The notes: a model not told the origin generated them from the sequence alone. DNA of 64,000 bases from an uncultured Myxococcales bacterium (GCA_964640665.1 CAZXHT010000002.1:105170-169169), one strand, 5' to 3'; shown: positions 44,985-54,605, counted from the stretch's first letter. Made by a program: numbers and translations.

Positions 44985-47156
44985 ATGGCGGGAACTGAAT
45001 ATCCTCATCTATTCATCCACGGCTTCATGAAATCAGAGAAGTACACCTCCCCAAGAGGGGGAGGTGGTAAATTTCGACTTCCCTCCCGGCATCGCCGGCG
45101 CCATGGACGCGAACTTATGGCGCAGTTTGTAGCTGCTGCTCGCGAAATCGATAAACGTCGGACAATGTTCCCAATACAAGTAGAAGGTGCTGATCGTGGT
45201 CTTTATATCGCATTCCAGAGCGATCCTGGGTTCGAGATTCCGCTTGAAAAGCTTGAGGATCGCCGGAAGAAAATAGAACTGGTTCTTTCTCAGAGAGTAG
45301 AAAACCAACAGTTTGCCACGGTGTTTGTTCCCGACAAGGCGCGCACGCATTTCCTGAAGAGGTTTGAGCAGTACATCGAGGAGAAAACCAAGAAAGGAAA
45401 TCCTCGCCACAAAGAATTGGTAGAAAGCATCAGAACTTTGCGGGCTGCTACGCTGCGTTCTTTATGGACCGACGACCAAAACCTCTTTCCAGATCCAGAC
45501 CATATCTTCAGGTGGGAAGTATGGCTCCGTAATACAGACGGGGAAGAGCTTGCACGCTTCAAGAGTTTCGCTACTTCCTTTGATCTGACAGTTAGTGAGA
45601 AGTACATCGGCCTCTTCCCGGACCGAACCGTCGTTCTCGCTATTGGCACAGCAAGGCAGTTGAGTGCAACACTGGACATGCTGGGTGATATCGCGGAACT
45701 CCGGAAGGCAAAGGACTCACCGTCTGAATTCCTGGAGATGACAGCACATGAGCGTGCGGATTGGTTGCAAGACCTATCCGAAAGAATCAGACCCGCAATC
45801 GGTAATCCGCCGTCAGTGTGTGTGCTGGATACCGGTGTGAATAGAGGTCATCCACTCCTTGCTAGTTCGCTTGCTGTTGGAGACTTACATGTGTACAACC
45901 CGGCATGGGGTGTACATGATGATAATGGTCACGGAACCGAGATGGCAGGATTGGCTCTTCTCGGAGATTTGATGGAGCCATTTAAGTCATCGCAGCCTGT
46001 GGTGCTTACTCATATCCTTGAATCCGTGAAGATTCTGCCGCCTGTTGGAAGCAATCCCCGAGAGTTATACGGAGTGATTACCGAGGAGTCAGCAAGCCGG
46101 GTCGAGGTGTCTGCACCTGACAGGCGTCGAGTTTTCTCTATGGCGATTACCGACGACAGCACTCCCGACAGTGGAAGACCAACAGCTTGGTCGGCCACCA
46201 TCGATGCTTTGGCTGCTGGCGTTGATGCGCCTGGCGAAGAGGTACGAAGACTTTTTGCGCTTTGCGCCGGGAATCGGACCGGTCCAGTAAGCGCCGATTA
46301 CCTGTCGGAGAGTGATACGGACGAGGTTCATGACCCAGGACAGGCATGGAACGCCCTCACGGTAGGTTCATCCACGGAGAAGTGCGTAATTGACAGTGGG
46401 GATCCTACTCTGCTCGGGTGGACGCCCCTTGCTGGGCCAGGTGCTCTATCACCGGTAACCACCACGTCGGTGACATGGGAAAATCAATGGCCCCTCAAGC
46501 CAGACGTTGTCACAGAGGGCGGCAATATGGCTATCGGACCAGGAGAAAACGAGGCATCTTGTTTGGACTGCCTGTCCTTGCTTACGACAGACCGTGATGT
46601 GACTGGTCGATCCCTTGTGCCAATTTGTGGAACAAGTGCTTCGGTTGCTTTGGTAGCTAGGCTGTCAGCGCTAATTGCTGCGGAGTATTCCGATGCATGG
46701 CCAGAGACGATCAGGGCGTTGGTTGTCAATTCTGCCCGCTGGACTGAACCAATGCTGGCCGAGATTGAGGCGGCTCGTAGTCGCAAGTCAGATCTTAAAA
46801 ATATCTTACGAAGATATGGTCACGGCGTCCCTGGCTTGCAACGGGCGATAGCTTCTTCAAGAAGTGCGCTGACCTTGGTTGCCCAGGAACACATCACTCC
46901 CTTTGAAAATGGAAAAACCAAGGACATACAATTCCATTCCCTGCCATGGCCAACATCAGTCTTGCAAGGCTTGGGCAACACCTTGGTCAGCATGAGAGTG
47001 ACGCTGTCATATTTTATTGAGCCCAAAAGTTGGCGTAGATATTTACACGCCCGTGAAGAATCAGGTGTCGGTGCCGGTTATGGTCTGACCGAGGGCAAGG
47101 AAGTATTTGGAATCGCCTTTCAGTGTAGCATTTCACACAGCTGCAACCGCCCGTAA
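44985..47156 (+). CDS. ietS: IetS-like cytoplasmic subtilisin-family (S8) serine peptidase with a ~280-aa N-terminal domain of unknown function
   Basis: Catalytic triad contexts VCVLDTGVNRGHP (Asp), HDDNGHGTEMAGLA (His), CGTSASVALVARLSA (Ser). No signal peptide. 30 bp downstream of the AAA gene on the same strand. Confidence 0.75.
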   Translation: MAGTEYPHLFIHGFMKSEKYTSPRGGGGKFRLPSRHRRRHGRELMAQFVAAAREIDKRRTMFPIQVEGADRGLYIAFQSDPGFEIPLEKLEDRRKKIELVLSQRVENQQFATVFVPDKARTHFLKRFEQYIEEKTKKGNPRHKELVESIRTLRAATLRSLWTDDQNLFPDPDHIFRWEVWLRNTDGEELARFKSFATSFDLTVSEKYIGLFPDRTVVLAIGTARQLSATLDMLGDIAELRKAKDSPSEFLEMTAHERADWLQDLSERIRPAIGNPPSVCVLDTGVNRGHPLLASSLAVGDLHVYNPAWGVHDDNGHGTEMAGLALLGDLMEPFKSSQPVVLTHILESVKILPPVGSNPRELYGVITEESASRVEVSAPDRRRVFSMAITDDSTPDSGRPTAWSATIDALAAGVDAPGEEVRRLFALCAGNRTGPVSADYLSESDTDEVHDPGQAWNALTVGSSTEKCVIDSGDPTLLGWTPLAGPGALSPVTTTSVTWENQWPLKPDVVTEGGNMAIGPGENEASCLDCLSLLTTDRDVTGRSLVPICGTSASVALVARLSALIAAEYSDAWPETIRALVVNSARWTEPMLAEIEAARSRKSDLKNILRRYGHGVPGLQRAIASSRSALTLVAQEHITPFENGKTKDIQFHSLPWPTSVLQGLGNTLVSMRVTLSYFIEPKSWRRYLHAREESGVGAGYGLTEGKEVFGIAFQCSISHSCNRP

Positions 47157-47215
47157 CTTGCGCTCAGACAAGTCCTCAAAGACGGAGACAGGAGAGGGCG
47201 CGCCAGGAATGGGCC

Positions 47216-48253
47216 TCAGACGAAGGCCGTCCGGTGGCGGCGGCGCAGCAGGAACAGAAAGAAGGGGCCGCCTAAAAAGGCGGTGATTACTCCCACCGGC
47301 GGCTCGGTGGACAGGGGAATGAACAGCAACCTGGCGCCCAGGTCGGCCAACACCAAAAACGCGCCTCCGGCCAGCGCCGATGCCGGCAGCAACAAGCGAT
47401 GGTCCGGCCCCAGGATCAGGCGCATCAGGTGCGGCACGATCAGGCCGACGAAACCCACCATGCCTGAGACGGATACGGCCAGTCCCACCAGCAGCGAGGC
47501 TGCGAAGAAGATGATCGCCTTCGTTTTCTCGACATCCACACCGAGGTGCGTGGCGCCCTGCTCACCGAGCGCTAATGCGTTCATGCGGCTGGCCATCAGT
47601 GTCAGCACGGCGATGCCGGCGAACGTACCCGCGGCTACCACCAGGATGGTCGAGTACTCGCAGTATCCGATGTTGCCCATCAGCCAGACGAGGATCTCAC
47701 GGGTCTTGGTTGCCGTGACCGCCGTCTTGAGAAACATGATCACCGCAGAGGCGAAGGCATTGAAAACGACTCCGACTAAGAGAACCGTGATCGTGTCCAC
47801 TCTCCCGGCCACCCGGCCGATGCGATAGACGAGGACCATAGCCGCCAGCGCCCCCAGAAAGGCCGCCGGGCCCTGCAGGGCGATGCCGATACCGGCGCTG
47901 CCGACAAGGGCTAAAGCCAGGGTTCCGCCCAGGGCCGCCCCGCCGGAGACTCCCATGATGAAGGGATCGGCCAGGGGATTTCGCAGCAGGGCCTGGAAAG
48001 CCACGCCCACGGCCGCCAGGGCCGCTCCCACCAGGGCGGCCAACAGCGCGCGCGGTAGGCGTGCCAAGAGAATGGTCGCCGCCTGCGGATTGCTGTCCGG
48101 GTCGAGCGGCCAAAGGGAAGCCAGGTCGGTCCCGCCCGGGCCGAGCAGCGCACTGGCGATGACACACAGCACAGCAATGACAAAGAGTAGTCCGATCACC
48201 TTGACGAAACGAGCCGGGGTCAACAGCTTGGTCTTGACGGGTTTGGCGGACAT
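47216..48253 (-). CDS. FecCD/BtuC-family ABC permease of a Fe3+-siderophore/cobalamin importer
   Basis: About 9-10 TM helices with Gly/Ala-rich helices typical of the FecCD family (GVSGGAALGGTLALALVG...). Start at the Met preceding the first TM helix; the 121-codon upstream extension in the ORF track is rejected. Confidence 0.8.
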   Translation of the reverse strand: MSAKPVKTKLLTPARFVKVIGLLFVIAVLCVIASALLGPGGTDLASLWPLDPDSNPQAATILLARLPRALLAALVGAALAAVGVAFQALLRNPLADPFIMGVSGGAALGGTLALALVGSAGIGIALQGPAAFLGALAAMVLVYRIGRVAGRVDTITVLLVGVVFNAFASAVIMFLKTAVTATKTREILVWLMGNIGYCEYSTILVVAAGTFAGIAVLTLMASRMNALALGEQGATHLGVDVEKTKAIIFFAASLLVGLAVSVSGMVGFVGLIVPHLMRLILGPDHRLLLPASALAGGAFLVLADLGARLLFIPLSTEPPVGVITAFLGGPFFLFLLRRRHRTAFV

Positions 48254-48274
48254 TGGCCGACATAATACGGTTGA

Positions 48275-50113
48275 TTGCCAGACCTGTCCAGGCCGAGTAA
48301 AGTGTACGATGTTATGTGTGGGATCGAGCATCATGATGGCTGTCCCGCTCTCGAAGTGGCGCTGGCCCGCTGGCCCGAGTTGGCTCCGACTTACCGGGCG
48401 CTTGCAGACCGAAGGTTCGACGGTGTGTTCGAGAAATACATGGCCGATGCCTCGCCCGAGCAGGTGGCGACTTTCTTGCGCGAGGCCGGCGATCTGGATC
48501 TCGAGCGAGTCGAATTGCACCGGGAGGCACTGCGCCGAGGAGAACGAGAGCAAATCGGTCTCGACCAGGTAGACAGGGTGGAGCTTGCAACTATCGAAGA
48601 CCAGGCGGCCCGTCAAGAACAGGACGGCGCGGAAGGACTCGATTCGCTGCGGGAGGGGCGTTGGGCGTCCGTGGCTTTCGCCGGCGGGGCGGGAACCCGC
48701 TTCGCGGCGGGACTCGACGGGTTGAAGAGTGCCTTGGCCCGGCCCAATGAGGTACTGTGCCAGCGCGGCTTTGATTCCGCAGAGCCCAAGGGCGCCTTTC
48801 CTATTTCACCAGTGGGAGGTCTGAGCTTCTACGAGATCATTCTCGCCCAGGCGCTTTCGGTCGGTGTCTCAAGCGGGCGATTGCCTTGGGTGCTGTTTTT
48901 GACCAGCCAGTTGACCCACGAACGCACCGTGGCGTTTCTGAAGAGCAGGCAGTTGTTTGGATTGCCGGCCGCAAGCTGGATAGCTTTTCAGCAGGCCCAG
49001 GAGCCCCGTTTGGACATGCAGGGCTGCCCGATTGCAGATCAGGGCGGCCACATCAATCAAACCGGCGACGGGCACGGTGGGGTGTACCGGGCGCTGCTCG
49101 ACAACCGGCGGGGGGAACGACCACTGCTGGACTACTTGCGCAACGCGGGTGTCGAACAGTTGGTCATGCACAACGTGGACAATCCGGCGGCACGCCCGTT
49201 TTTCCTGCCGCGCTTGGGGTTCCACTTGCGCGAGGGTGCGCTTTTCACATTGAGTGCCGTGCGCAAGACGGATCCAAACGAAAAGGTCGGCGTGCTGATG
49301 ATGCTCAAGGCCAGCGGGCGCCTCGAGGTGATCGAGTACAACGTACTCGATCCGCGGGTGGCCGATGCCAGGGATGCGGCCAACGGCAGGCTATTGCATG
49401 AAGCGGGCAACGCCAACACCAACCTGATCGGTATCGAGGCGATTAGTGATGATTTCGAACCGACGCTCTATACGGGTAAAAAGATCGTCTCACGTATCGG
49501 GCCGGTGACCGCGAGTTCTCTCGAGAAGCTCAACCAGCATATAACCCGCACGCTGGACCCGGCCCGGATCAGGGCCTATGAGATCAGGCGGGACGAACTG
49601 TTCTTCCCGACCAAGAACATAACCGGCACCGACTCGGTCGAGTCATCGACACGCATGTTGTCGGCGCTGGGTGAACGACGGTTGAGCGCCTGCGGCGCCA
49701 GTGTGGCCAAGGGGGCCGTAATTGATCTGCACCCGGCTTGCGGTGCGACCAAAGAACAGCTCGAGTGTATTGGCATGTGCCCGGACTGGACCATCGGGCG
49801 CGGGGCGCGGCTTTACCTGTGCGCCGGGCCGGAGCCGATCAGCGACGGTCCCGTCAGGATCGAAGACGACAGCTCTTTAATACTTTACACAGCCAGGCCC
49901 TATGGAAAACTGTCCCTGGACGCCGAGCGCCGCCTGACGATCGACACGGCCGGGATGAGTCGCCTGCGAATCGGGCGCGGGGTGACGCTGGGCAAGGGTG
50001 TCAGGTTGGTAATGCGCATCGGCGCGGGGGGAAAGCTGAACATACCTGCCGGGCGAACAGTTACGGCAGATATAGAGGTCGAGGTGGGAAGCGGTGAAGA
50101 AAAAACTCTTTAG
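48275..50113 (+). CDS. UDPGP-family (UTP-sugar-1-phosphate uridylyltransferase-like) protein with a C-terminal extension
   Basis: ASVAFAGGAGTRF (the L-x2-GG-x-GTR nucleotide-binding loop of UDPGP enzymes), GDGHGGVY, and MHNVDNPAARP. Exact start uncertain (48275 or the internal Met at 48314). Confidence 0.6.
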   Translation: MPDLSRPSKVYDVMCGIEHHDGCPALEVALARWPELAPTYRALADRRFDGVFEKYMADASPEQVATFLREAGDLDLERVELHREALRRGEREQIGLDQVDRVELATIEDQAARQEQDGAEGLDSLREGRWASVAFAGGAGTRFAAGLDGLKSALARPNEVLCQRGFDSAEPKGAFPISPVGGLSFYEIILAQALSVGVSSGRLPWVLFLTSQLTHERTVAFLKSRQLFGLPAASWIAFQQAQEPRLDMQGCPIADQGGHINQTGDGHGGVYRALLDNRRGERPLLDYLRNAGVEQLVMHNVDNPAARPFFLPRLGFHLREGALFTLSAVRKTDPNEKVGVLMMLKASGRLEVIEYNVLDPRVADARDAANGRLLHEAGNANTNLIGIEAISDDFEPTLYTGKKIVSRIGPVTASSLEKLNQHITRTLDPARIRAYEIRRDELFFPTKNITGTDSVESSTRMLSALGERRLSACGASVAKGAVIDLHPACGATKEQLECIGMCPDWTIGRGARLYLCAGPEPISDGPVRIEDDSSLILYTARPYGKLSLDAERRLTIDTAGMSRLRIGRGVTLGKGVRLVMRIGAGGKLNIPAGRTVTADIEVEVGSGEEKTL

Positions 50114-51539
50114 TTTACTATTCCTATGCCTGTTGATTTCTACGGGTGGTTGTCGGAAAGAAGCCGACCGTTCCAACACCATCTGCGGTATGCATTTCAA
50201 GCAAGCTGACGGCGCGCGCCTGGTTAATGGCGATCCTGCGCCCCGCGTGCAGGTGATCGGCTTTCCGGCATCGTTCATGCTCGACAACATCGAGTCCGAG
50301 CGGGCCGTCTCCTGCTCGTTTGACATGTTCGGCCCGCAGGTCGCGCCCAAGCGAATCTTCACCCGTTACGGGCGTGCGGACGAGAAGAAGATAAAGGTTA
50401 CTGCGACCGCCGCTAACGAAGTACACATTGATTACCCGCTGGCCTCCAGGTCCTATGGAATAGTTTCGATCGAAAAGCGTTTTTCGGTTCCCGATGACTC
50501 CAGACATCTATTGCACAATGGTCTTGCCCTAGACATCGAGGGAGGCGTTTTCCTGCGCTTGAAAGGCCCCGCCGCGCTGCTGCGCTCGCTCGGTCCCACG
50601 ACGGTGGTGCATGTGAGCAACCGCTCGGAGCATACTCTTCCCGTGGACATCGTCCTCGATAATGTTTCCAGTCGTCTTTCGCTTTACGGTGTTTCTGGAA
50701 AAGGCGGACCGGGCAAGATAACGATCAAACCCGAAGACCGGTTGCGCGTTCGCTTGTCCGGGACGCTGATGGCCGGCGAGCAGATCTGGATCAAGGTTGC
50801 CCCGCGCCAGCTGCGTTACCCCTACAGCTTCGTCTTCGGCGGCGACGTCAAGAAGAACATTCCCACTTTTCTCGCCCTGCTCGACAAGGTGAGCAAGAGA
50901 GCCGACCCGTTGTTCATGTTGTCCGTTGGCGACTATACGCGCAACAGCCTGCCGGCCGAACTAGACGATTTTTTCGAGGCCAGCCGGCAGATCGATTATC
51001 CGGTTTACTACGTCAAGGGCAACCACGAGACCAGGTGCCAGGGAGATCTGCATTTTCGAAGACTCTTCGGTTCTGAGCGCTTTTTCTTGGTGGTGGACCA
51101 ATTGCTGTTCGTGGTACTGGATTCGACACTGCGCGATGGTTCCGGGTACCGACTGGACGACCGGCAACTTGCCTGGCTGGACGAAGTCCTGGCAGCGCAG
51201 CAGGCTGTACCCTGGAAGTTCATTCTGTTGCACGTCCCGCCGTATCCATTGCACGGCGATACTTTGCACCCCGAACACAAGTCCAACCTGGCCGAATGTG
51301 ACGCCGTGGCTCTCAGGGCGATTGCCGGTAAACATGACGTATCCTACGTGCTGAGTGGGCACGCCCACCTCTACGCCCGTCGTGAAGAAAAAGGCACCGT
51401 TTATTTGGTAAGCGGCGGCGGAGGGGCCAAGCTATACACCTACAACCCCGTAGCCGGATTCGACATCGACACCCGGCCGCATCTGATGCTTTTTAATGTC
51501 TACAAAGACGGGATAGAGGAAGAGGCGCTTCGGTTGTAG
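50094..51539 (+). CDS. Lipoprotein with a C-terminal calcineurin-like metallophosphoesterase domain
   Basis: Lipoprotein signal MKKKLFSLLFLCLLISTGGC; metallophosphatase motifs GDYTRN, GNHE, GHAHLY. Confidence 0.7.
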   Translation: MKKKLFSLLFLCLLISTGGCRKEADRSNTICGMHFKQADGARLVNGDPAPRVQVIGFPASFMLDNIESERAVSCSFDMFGPQVAPKRIFTRYGRADEKKIKVTATAANEVHIDYPLASRSYGIVSIEKRFSVPDDSRHLLHNGLALDIEGGVFLRLKGPAALLRSLGPTTVVHVSNRSEHTLPVDIVLDNVSSRLSLYGVSGKGGPGKITIKPEDRLRVRLSGTLMAGEQIWIKVAPRQLRYPYSFVFGGDVKKNIPTFLALLDKVSKRADPLFMLSVGDYTRNSLPAELDDFFEASRQIDYPVYYVKGNHETRCQGDLHFRRLFGSERFFLVVDQLLFVVLDSTLRDGSGYRLDDRQLAWLDEVLAAQQAVPWKFILLHVPPYPLHGDTLHPEHKSNLAECDAVALRAIAGKHDVSYVLSGHAHLYARREEKGTVYLVSGGGGAKLYTYNPVAGFDIDTRPHLMLFNVYKDGIEEEALRL

Positions 51540-51550
51540 TTAGGCGATTT

Positions 51551-52810
51551 TTATAAAAGATGAGCCGGCAACCGCTCGGGGGGATCCGTGCCGGGTTCCT
51601 TTTCGGCCGCGGGGATCGGCAACAGGCTTGGTTCCAGTAACCAGGACCAGACCGGGCGCTTGGCGATGATTCCCGCACGACAGGAGATGTCGCCGCTTTC
51701 GGGATCGTTGGCCAGCAGCAGGCCGTGTGTGCAGTCATGTCTGGCCATCGCCCTGGCAAGAGGACGGGTATCTCGATCCGTGTCCGGATCGCACTCGACC
51801 TGAACGAAAACCCTCTTACCCGATCGATCGGCTGCCGCGAGGCCCGAGAGCTTCATCGCTTTCCAGGCCAACACGCGAGCCCCAAGCCTGCGTAATTCTG
51901 TATAAACGGCCGTCTCCAAAAGGGCGCGCTCGGCGACACCCCGACCGGAAAGCGCGGTCGCCAGCCCGCAGTCGGCCGCGAAGGTTCTTCTGGCCGCCCC
52001 GTGGCGATCTCGATCTGCATCCTCCAGCCGCGAGATGATGTGAACCAGGCCACTGCGCTCGAGATGAGACAAGAAAGCCCGGGCCTGATCCAGAGACCTG
52101 GTTAAAATTCCCTTCATGTGAGATAGACTGAACGACTCGGCAGTCATGGAAACAAGATAGACCGCTATGGCGGTTAATTTGTCTGTTCCTCTGACTTCGC
52201 TCTTTGTGATCACGTCATGAAACAGGATTTCGTTAAAGAGACGGACTAGGCTTTTGGTTTGATCCTGGCTGTTCCAGCTTGTCGGCAAGCCACCGGCCCG
52301 CAGAAAGGCAGGAAGCACTTCGCGTGCTGTGACATTATTGACCGATTTATCGGTGAATTCATCAATCCAGTCTCGCAAGCAGAGCGGGAAAAAGGGTATC
52401 ACGGCAATATCTGAAGCCTTTGCTTTCATCTCGCTTGGCTGGCCGGAGACGGAGGCGATCACCCCGGCGCCGGTTTTGCGTCTGAAATCGCGCGCCCAGA
52501 TCAGCCAATCGCTCACTCTCTCGGCCTCGTCGAGAAGTATCCAGGTCTGCTGTCCCTTGTGCGAGTCGGTTGCCGCCCTCGAAAACAGCTCGAGCGTTTC
52601 CTTGCGGGGTCTTGGCGCCAACCTGGGGTCCTCGAGATCGATGCTGACCACCCCGGTTTCTTCCCGGCGCCTGGAAAGAATCCGCGCAATCTCACCGAGT
52701 GCCGTCGACTTGCCGGATCCACGCACACCTCGCAGGATGACGATGCGGTTCGAATCCAGCCCCTGAATGGCCAGATCGATCTCTTTTTTTCGCCACTGTC
52801 TGATTGTCAT
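51551..52810 (-). CDS. AAA_14/DUF4143-family ATPase (archaeal-type ATP-binding protein)
   Basis: Walker A ILRGVRGSGKST, Walker B WILLDEAERV, and a C-terminal DUF4143-like region. Confidence 0.75.
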   Translation of the reverse strand: MTIRQWRKKEIDLAIQGLDSNRIVILRGVRGSGKSTALGEIARILSRRREETGVVSIDLEDPRLAPRPRKETLELFSRAATDSHKGQQTWILLDEAERVSDWLIWARDFRRKTGAGVIASVSGQPSEMKAKASDIAVIPFFPLCLRDWIDEFTDKSVNNVTAREVLPAFLRAGGLPTSWNSQDQTKSLVRLFNEILFHDVITKSEVRGTDKLTAIAVYLVSMTAESFSLSHMKGILTRSLDQARAFLSHLERSGLVHIISRLEDADRDRHGAARRTFAADCGLATALSGRGVAERALLETAVYTELRRLGARVLAWKAMKLSGLAAADRSGKRVFVQVECDPDTDRDTRPLARAMARHDCTHGLLLANDPESGDISCRAGIIAKRPVWSWLLEPSLLPIPAAEKEPGTDPPERLPAHLL

Positions 52811-52941
52811 TATTCTCCGTTATATCGGTTAATAATAAACTACGATCTCAATGGGCGTCAAGCGCATTATGGCTATTGAATTTTGAATGAAAGGTATTAC
52901 AATGATGATGTTGATGAATGGACAAGCAGGAGGAAGCTGGA

Positions 52942-53151
52942 ATGCCGATGTACGAGTACGAGTGTTCAAAGTGCCAGCACCAGTTCGAACTGCTCAGGTC
53001 GCTTTCCGAGCGGGACGATCCCTGTGAGTGTCCCGCTTGCCGTAAAAAGGTGAAGATGAAGAGACTCTCTTCGCTCTTCAGTTCGGCGGGGTCGGGAGAT
53101 GTCGGAAGTATGTACAACTCCTGCTCCAGCACGAGTTCTGGAGGCGGGTGA
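52942..53151 (+). CDS. FmdB-family zinc-ribbon protein
   Basis: MPMYEYECSKCQHQFE...CPACRK is the canonical FmdB CxxC...CxxC pattern, with a Ser/Gly-rich tail. Confidence 0.6.
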   Translation: MPMYEYECSKCQHQFELLRSLSERDDPCECPACRKKVKMKRLSSLFSSAGSGDVGSMYNSCSSTSSGGG

Positions 53152-53188
53152 GCCCTCTGACCAAACCGCCCCGGTCGGGGTGGTAATA

Positions 53189-54097
53189 TTATCTGTCAGC
53201 AGTTGGTTCCGGGTGCAGTATTCTGGAAAGGCGCGCCAGGCCCTCGACGATGCGCGGGCCGGGCCTGAAAAAGAGAGACGAGTTTAAAGCGTGTACGCGC
53301 CCGTTCTTCACGGCCGGCACGACCTTCCAGCGACTCCATTCACGACGCACCTCGGCCGTGGTCGTCTCGGCGTCATTCCCCCCGGACGAGGCGTCGATTA
53401 TTACATCGGGTGCAAGTTTGATAAGCGCCTCGATAGGCACGCTGGGGTAGCGCACCCGCGATTCTCCCAGCAGGTTCCGTCCGCCGGCGATGGTCAGCAG
53501 TGTGTCTGCGAAACTGCCTCGGCCGGCGACTACCAGCGGCCGGTGTCCGTAGACCATGATCACCCGTGGCCGCGGCCGGCCCGCGACGCGCGTCCTGATG
53601 CCGGTGATACGGGCCCGCATCTCGGCGACCAGTTTCCGGGCTCCCTCCTCCTTTTCGAAAACGACGCCGAGCCGTTCAATTGCCCCGTAGATGTTGTCAA
53701 GAGTGTATGACGGCAAGACCAGCACCGGCACTCCCAGTCTGGTGATGACGTCGAGCCGGTCGCGACCGCCCGGGTTGGGCACGCCGATTACGAGCTGCGG
53801 ATCGAGGGCCATGATTCCCTCGACGCTGGGATCGACGAAACCGCCCACATGGGGAAGCTTCTTAACCTGCTCGGGGTAGTCGTCGAACCTGGTGACTCCG
53901 ACCAAGCGTTCGCCGGCACCGATGGCGAAAACGATTTCAGTCAGGTTGGGGGCCAGCGACACGACCCGCTCGGGAACCCCGTGCGGCCGCGGTTTGCCAA
54001 GGTAGGCGGATCCTGCGGGCTGGGCCGCGGCTGCGGCAGCCAGAAACAGCTGAACGATTGTCAGGATCAGGGAATTTTTCAAGATTGCAGATGTCAT
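53189..54097 (-). CDS. Periplasmic substrate-binding protein of a Fe3+-siderophore/cobalamin ABC importer (BtuF/FhuD-like fold)
   Basis: Signal peptide MTSAILKNSLILTIVQLFLAAAAAAQP; mature region RVVSLAPNLTEIVFAIGAGERLVGV ... DPQLVIG ... VDPS... is typical of the PF01497 periplasmic binding fold. Confidence 0.75.
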   Translation of the reverse strand: MTSAILKNSLILTIVQLFLAAAAAAQPAGSAYLGKPRPHGVPERVVSLAPNLTEIVFAIGAGERLVGVTRFDDYPEQVKKLPHVGGFVDPSVEGIMALDPQLVIGVPNPGGRDRLDVITRLGVPVLVLPSYTLDNIYGAIERLGVVFEKEEGARKLVAEMRARITGIRTRVAGRPRPRVIMVYGHRPLVVAGRGSFADTLLTIAGGRNLLGESRVRYPSVPIEALIKLAPDVIIDASSGGNDAETTTAEVRREWSRWKVVPAVKNGRVHALNSSLFFRPGPRIVEGLARLSRILHPEPTADR

Positions 54098-54152
54098 TTT
54101 CGTCCCCAAGCCTCTCAGATACGGCGGCCGGTCGTAAAGTGATATTTGCATG

Positions 54153-54180
54153 AAAAAAGGCGGGCTGCATGGCCCGCCTG
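54153..54180 (-). terminator. Rho-independent terminator downstream of the comEA-like gene
   Basis: On the minus strand: GGCGGGC-CATGCA-GCCCGCC perfect 7-bp stem followed by TTTTTT. It sits between the comEA stop (54206) and the binding-protein gene start (54097). Confidence 0.55.
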
Positions 54181-54205
54181 TGACAAGTCGCTAGAAGCTT
54201 CTGGC

Positions 54206-54547
54206 TCAGCTCTTCTTGGATTTCCTGGTTTTTGCAGGCGGTAGCATGGTTGTCTTGCCCTTGAGCACGACACGCTCTCGTACCTTCGAAAGCAGCGCCT
54301 TGCCGATGCCCTTGACCGCGAGCAGATCTTCGGCCGTCTTGAAGGACTTCTTCTCGCGGTAGGCGATGATGGCTTTTGCCTTGGCGATCCCGATGCCGGG
54401 CAACATCGCAATTTGCGCGGCGCTTGCGGTGTTGACATTGACAACACCGGTCGAGGAACCGGCACTTGCCTGCGTACCCGCCAGGCTCACACACAGCATC
54501 GAAAACATCGCGACTAAAACCAGCGTCAGTTGATTTACCGTCTTCAT
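54206..54547 (-). CDS. comEA: ComEA-like helix-hairpin-helix DNA-binding protein
   Basis: Signal peptide MKTVNQLTLVLVAMFSMLCVSLAG, then VVNVNTASAAQIAMLPGIGIAKAKAIIAYREKKSFKTAEDLLAVKGIGKALL (tandem HhH). AAGGAGA RBS. An intrinsic terminator follows (54153-54180). Confidence 0.7.
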   Translation of the reverse strand: MKTVNQLTLVLVAMFSMLCVSLAGTQASAGSSTGVVNVNTASAAQIAMLPGIGIAKAKAIIAYREKKSFKTAEDLLAVKGIGKALLSKVRERVVLKGKTTMLPPAKTRKSKKS

Positions 54548-54605
54548 GATTCGTCTCCTTTTTCTTCTTGTAATTGTGAAAAGTACACCGTGAATCTGTC
54601 TTGTC

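Noticed and set aside
48254-48616. 121-codon upstream extension of the FecCD permease ORF
   Set aside because: Hydrophilic, non-conserved-looking sequence antisense to the start of the UDPGP-like gene. The permease family begins with a short basic N-terminus just before TM1, which is the Met at 48253.
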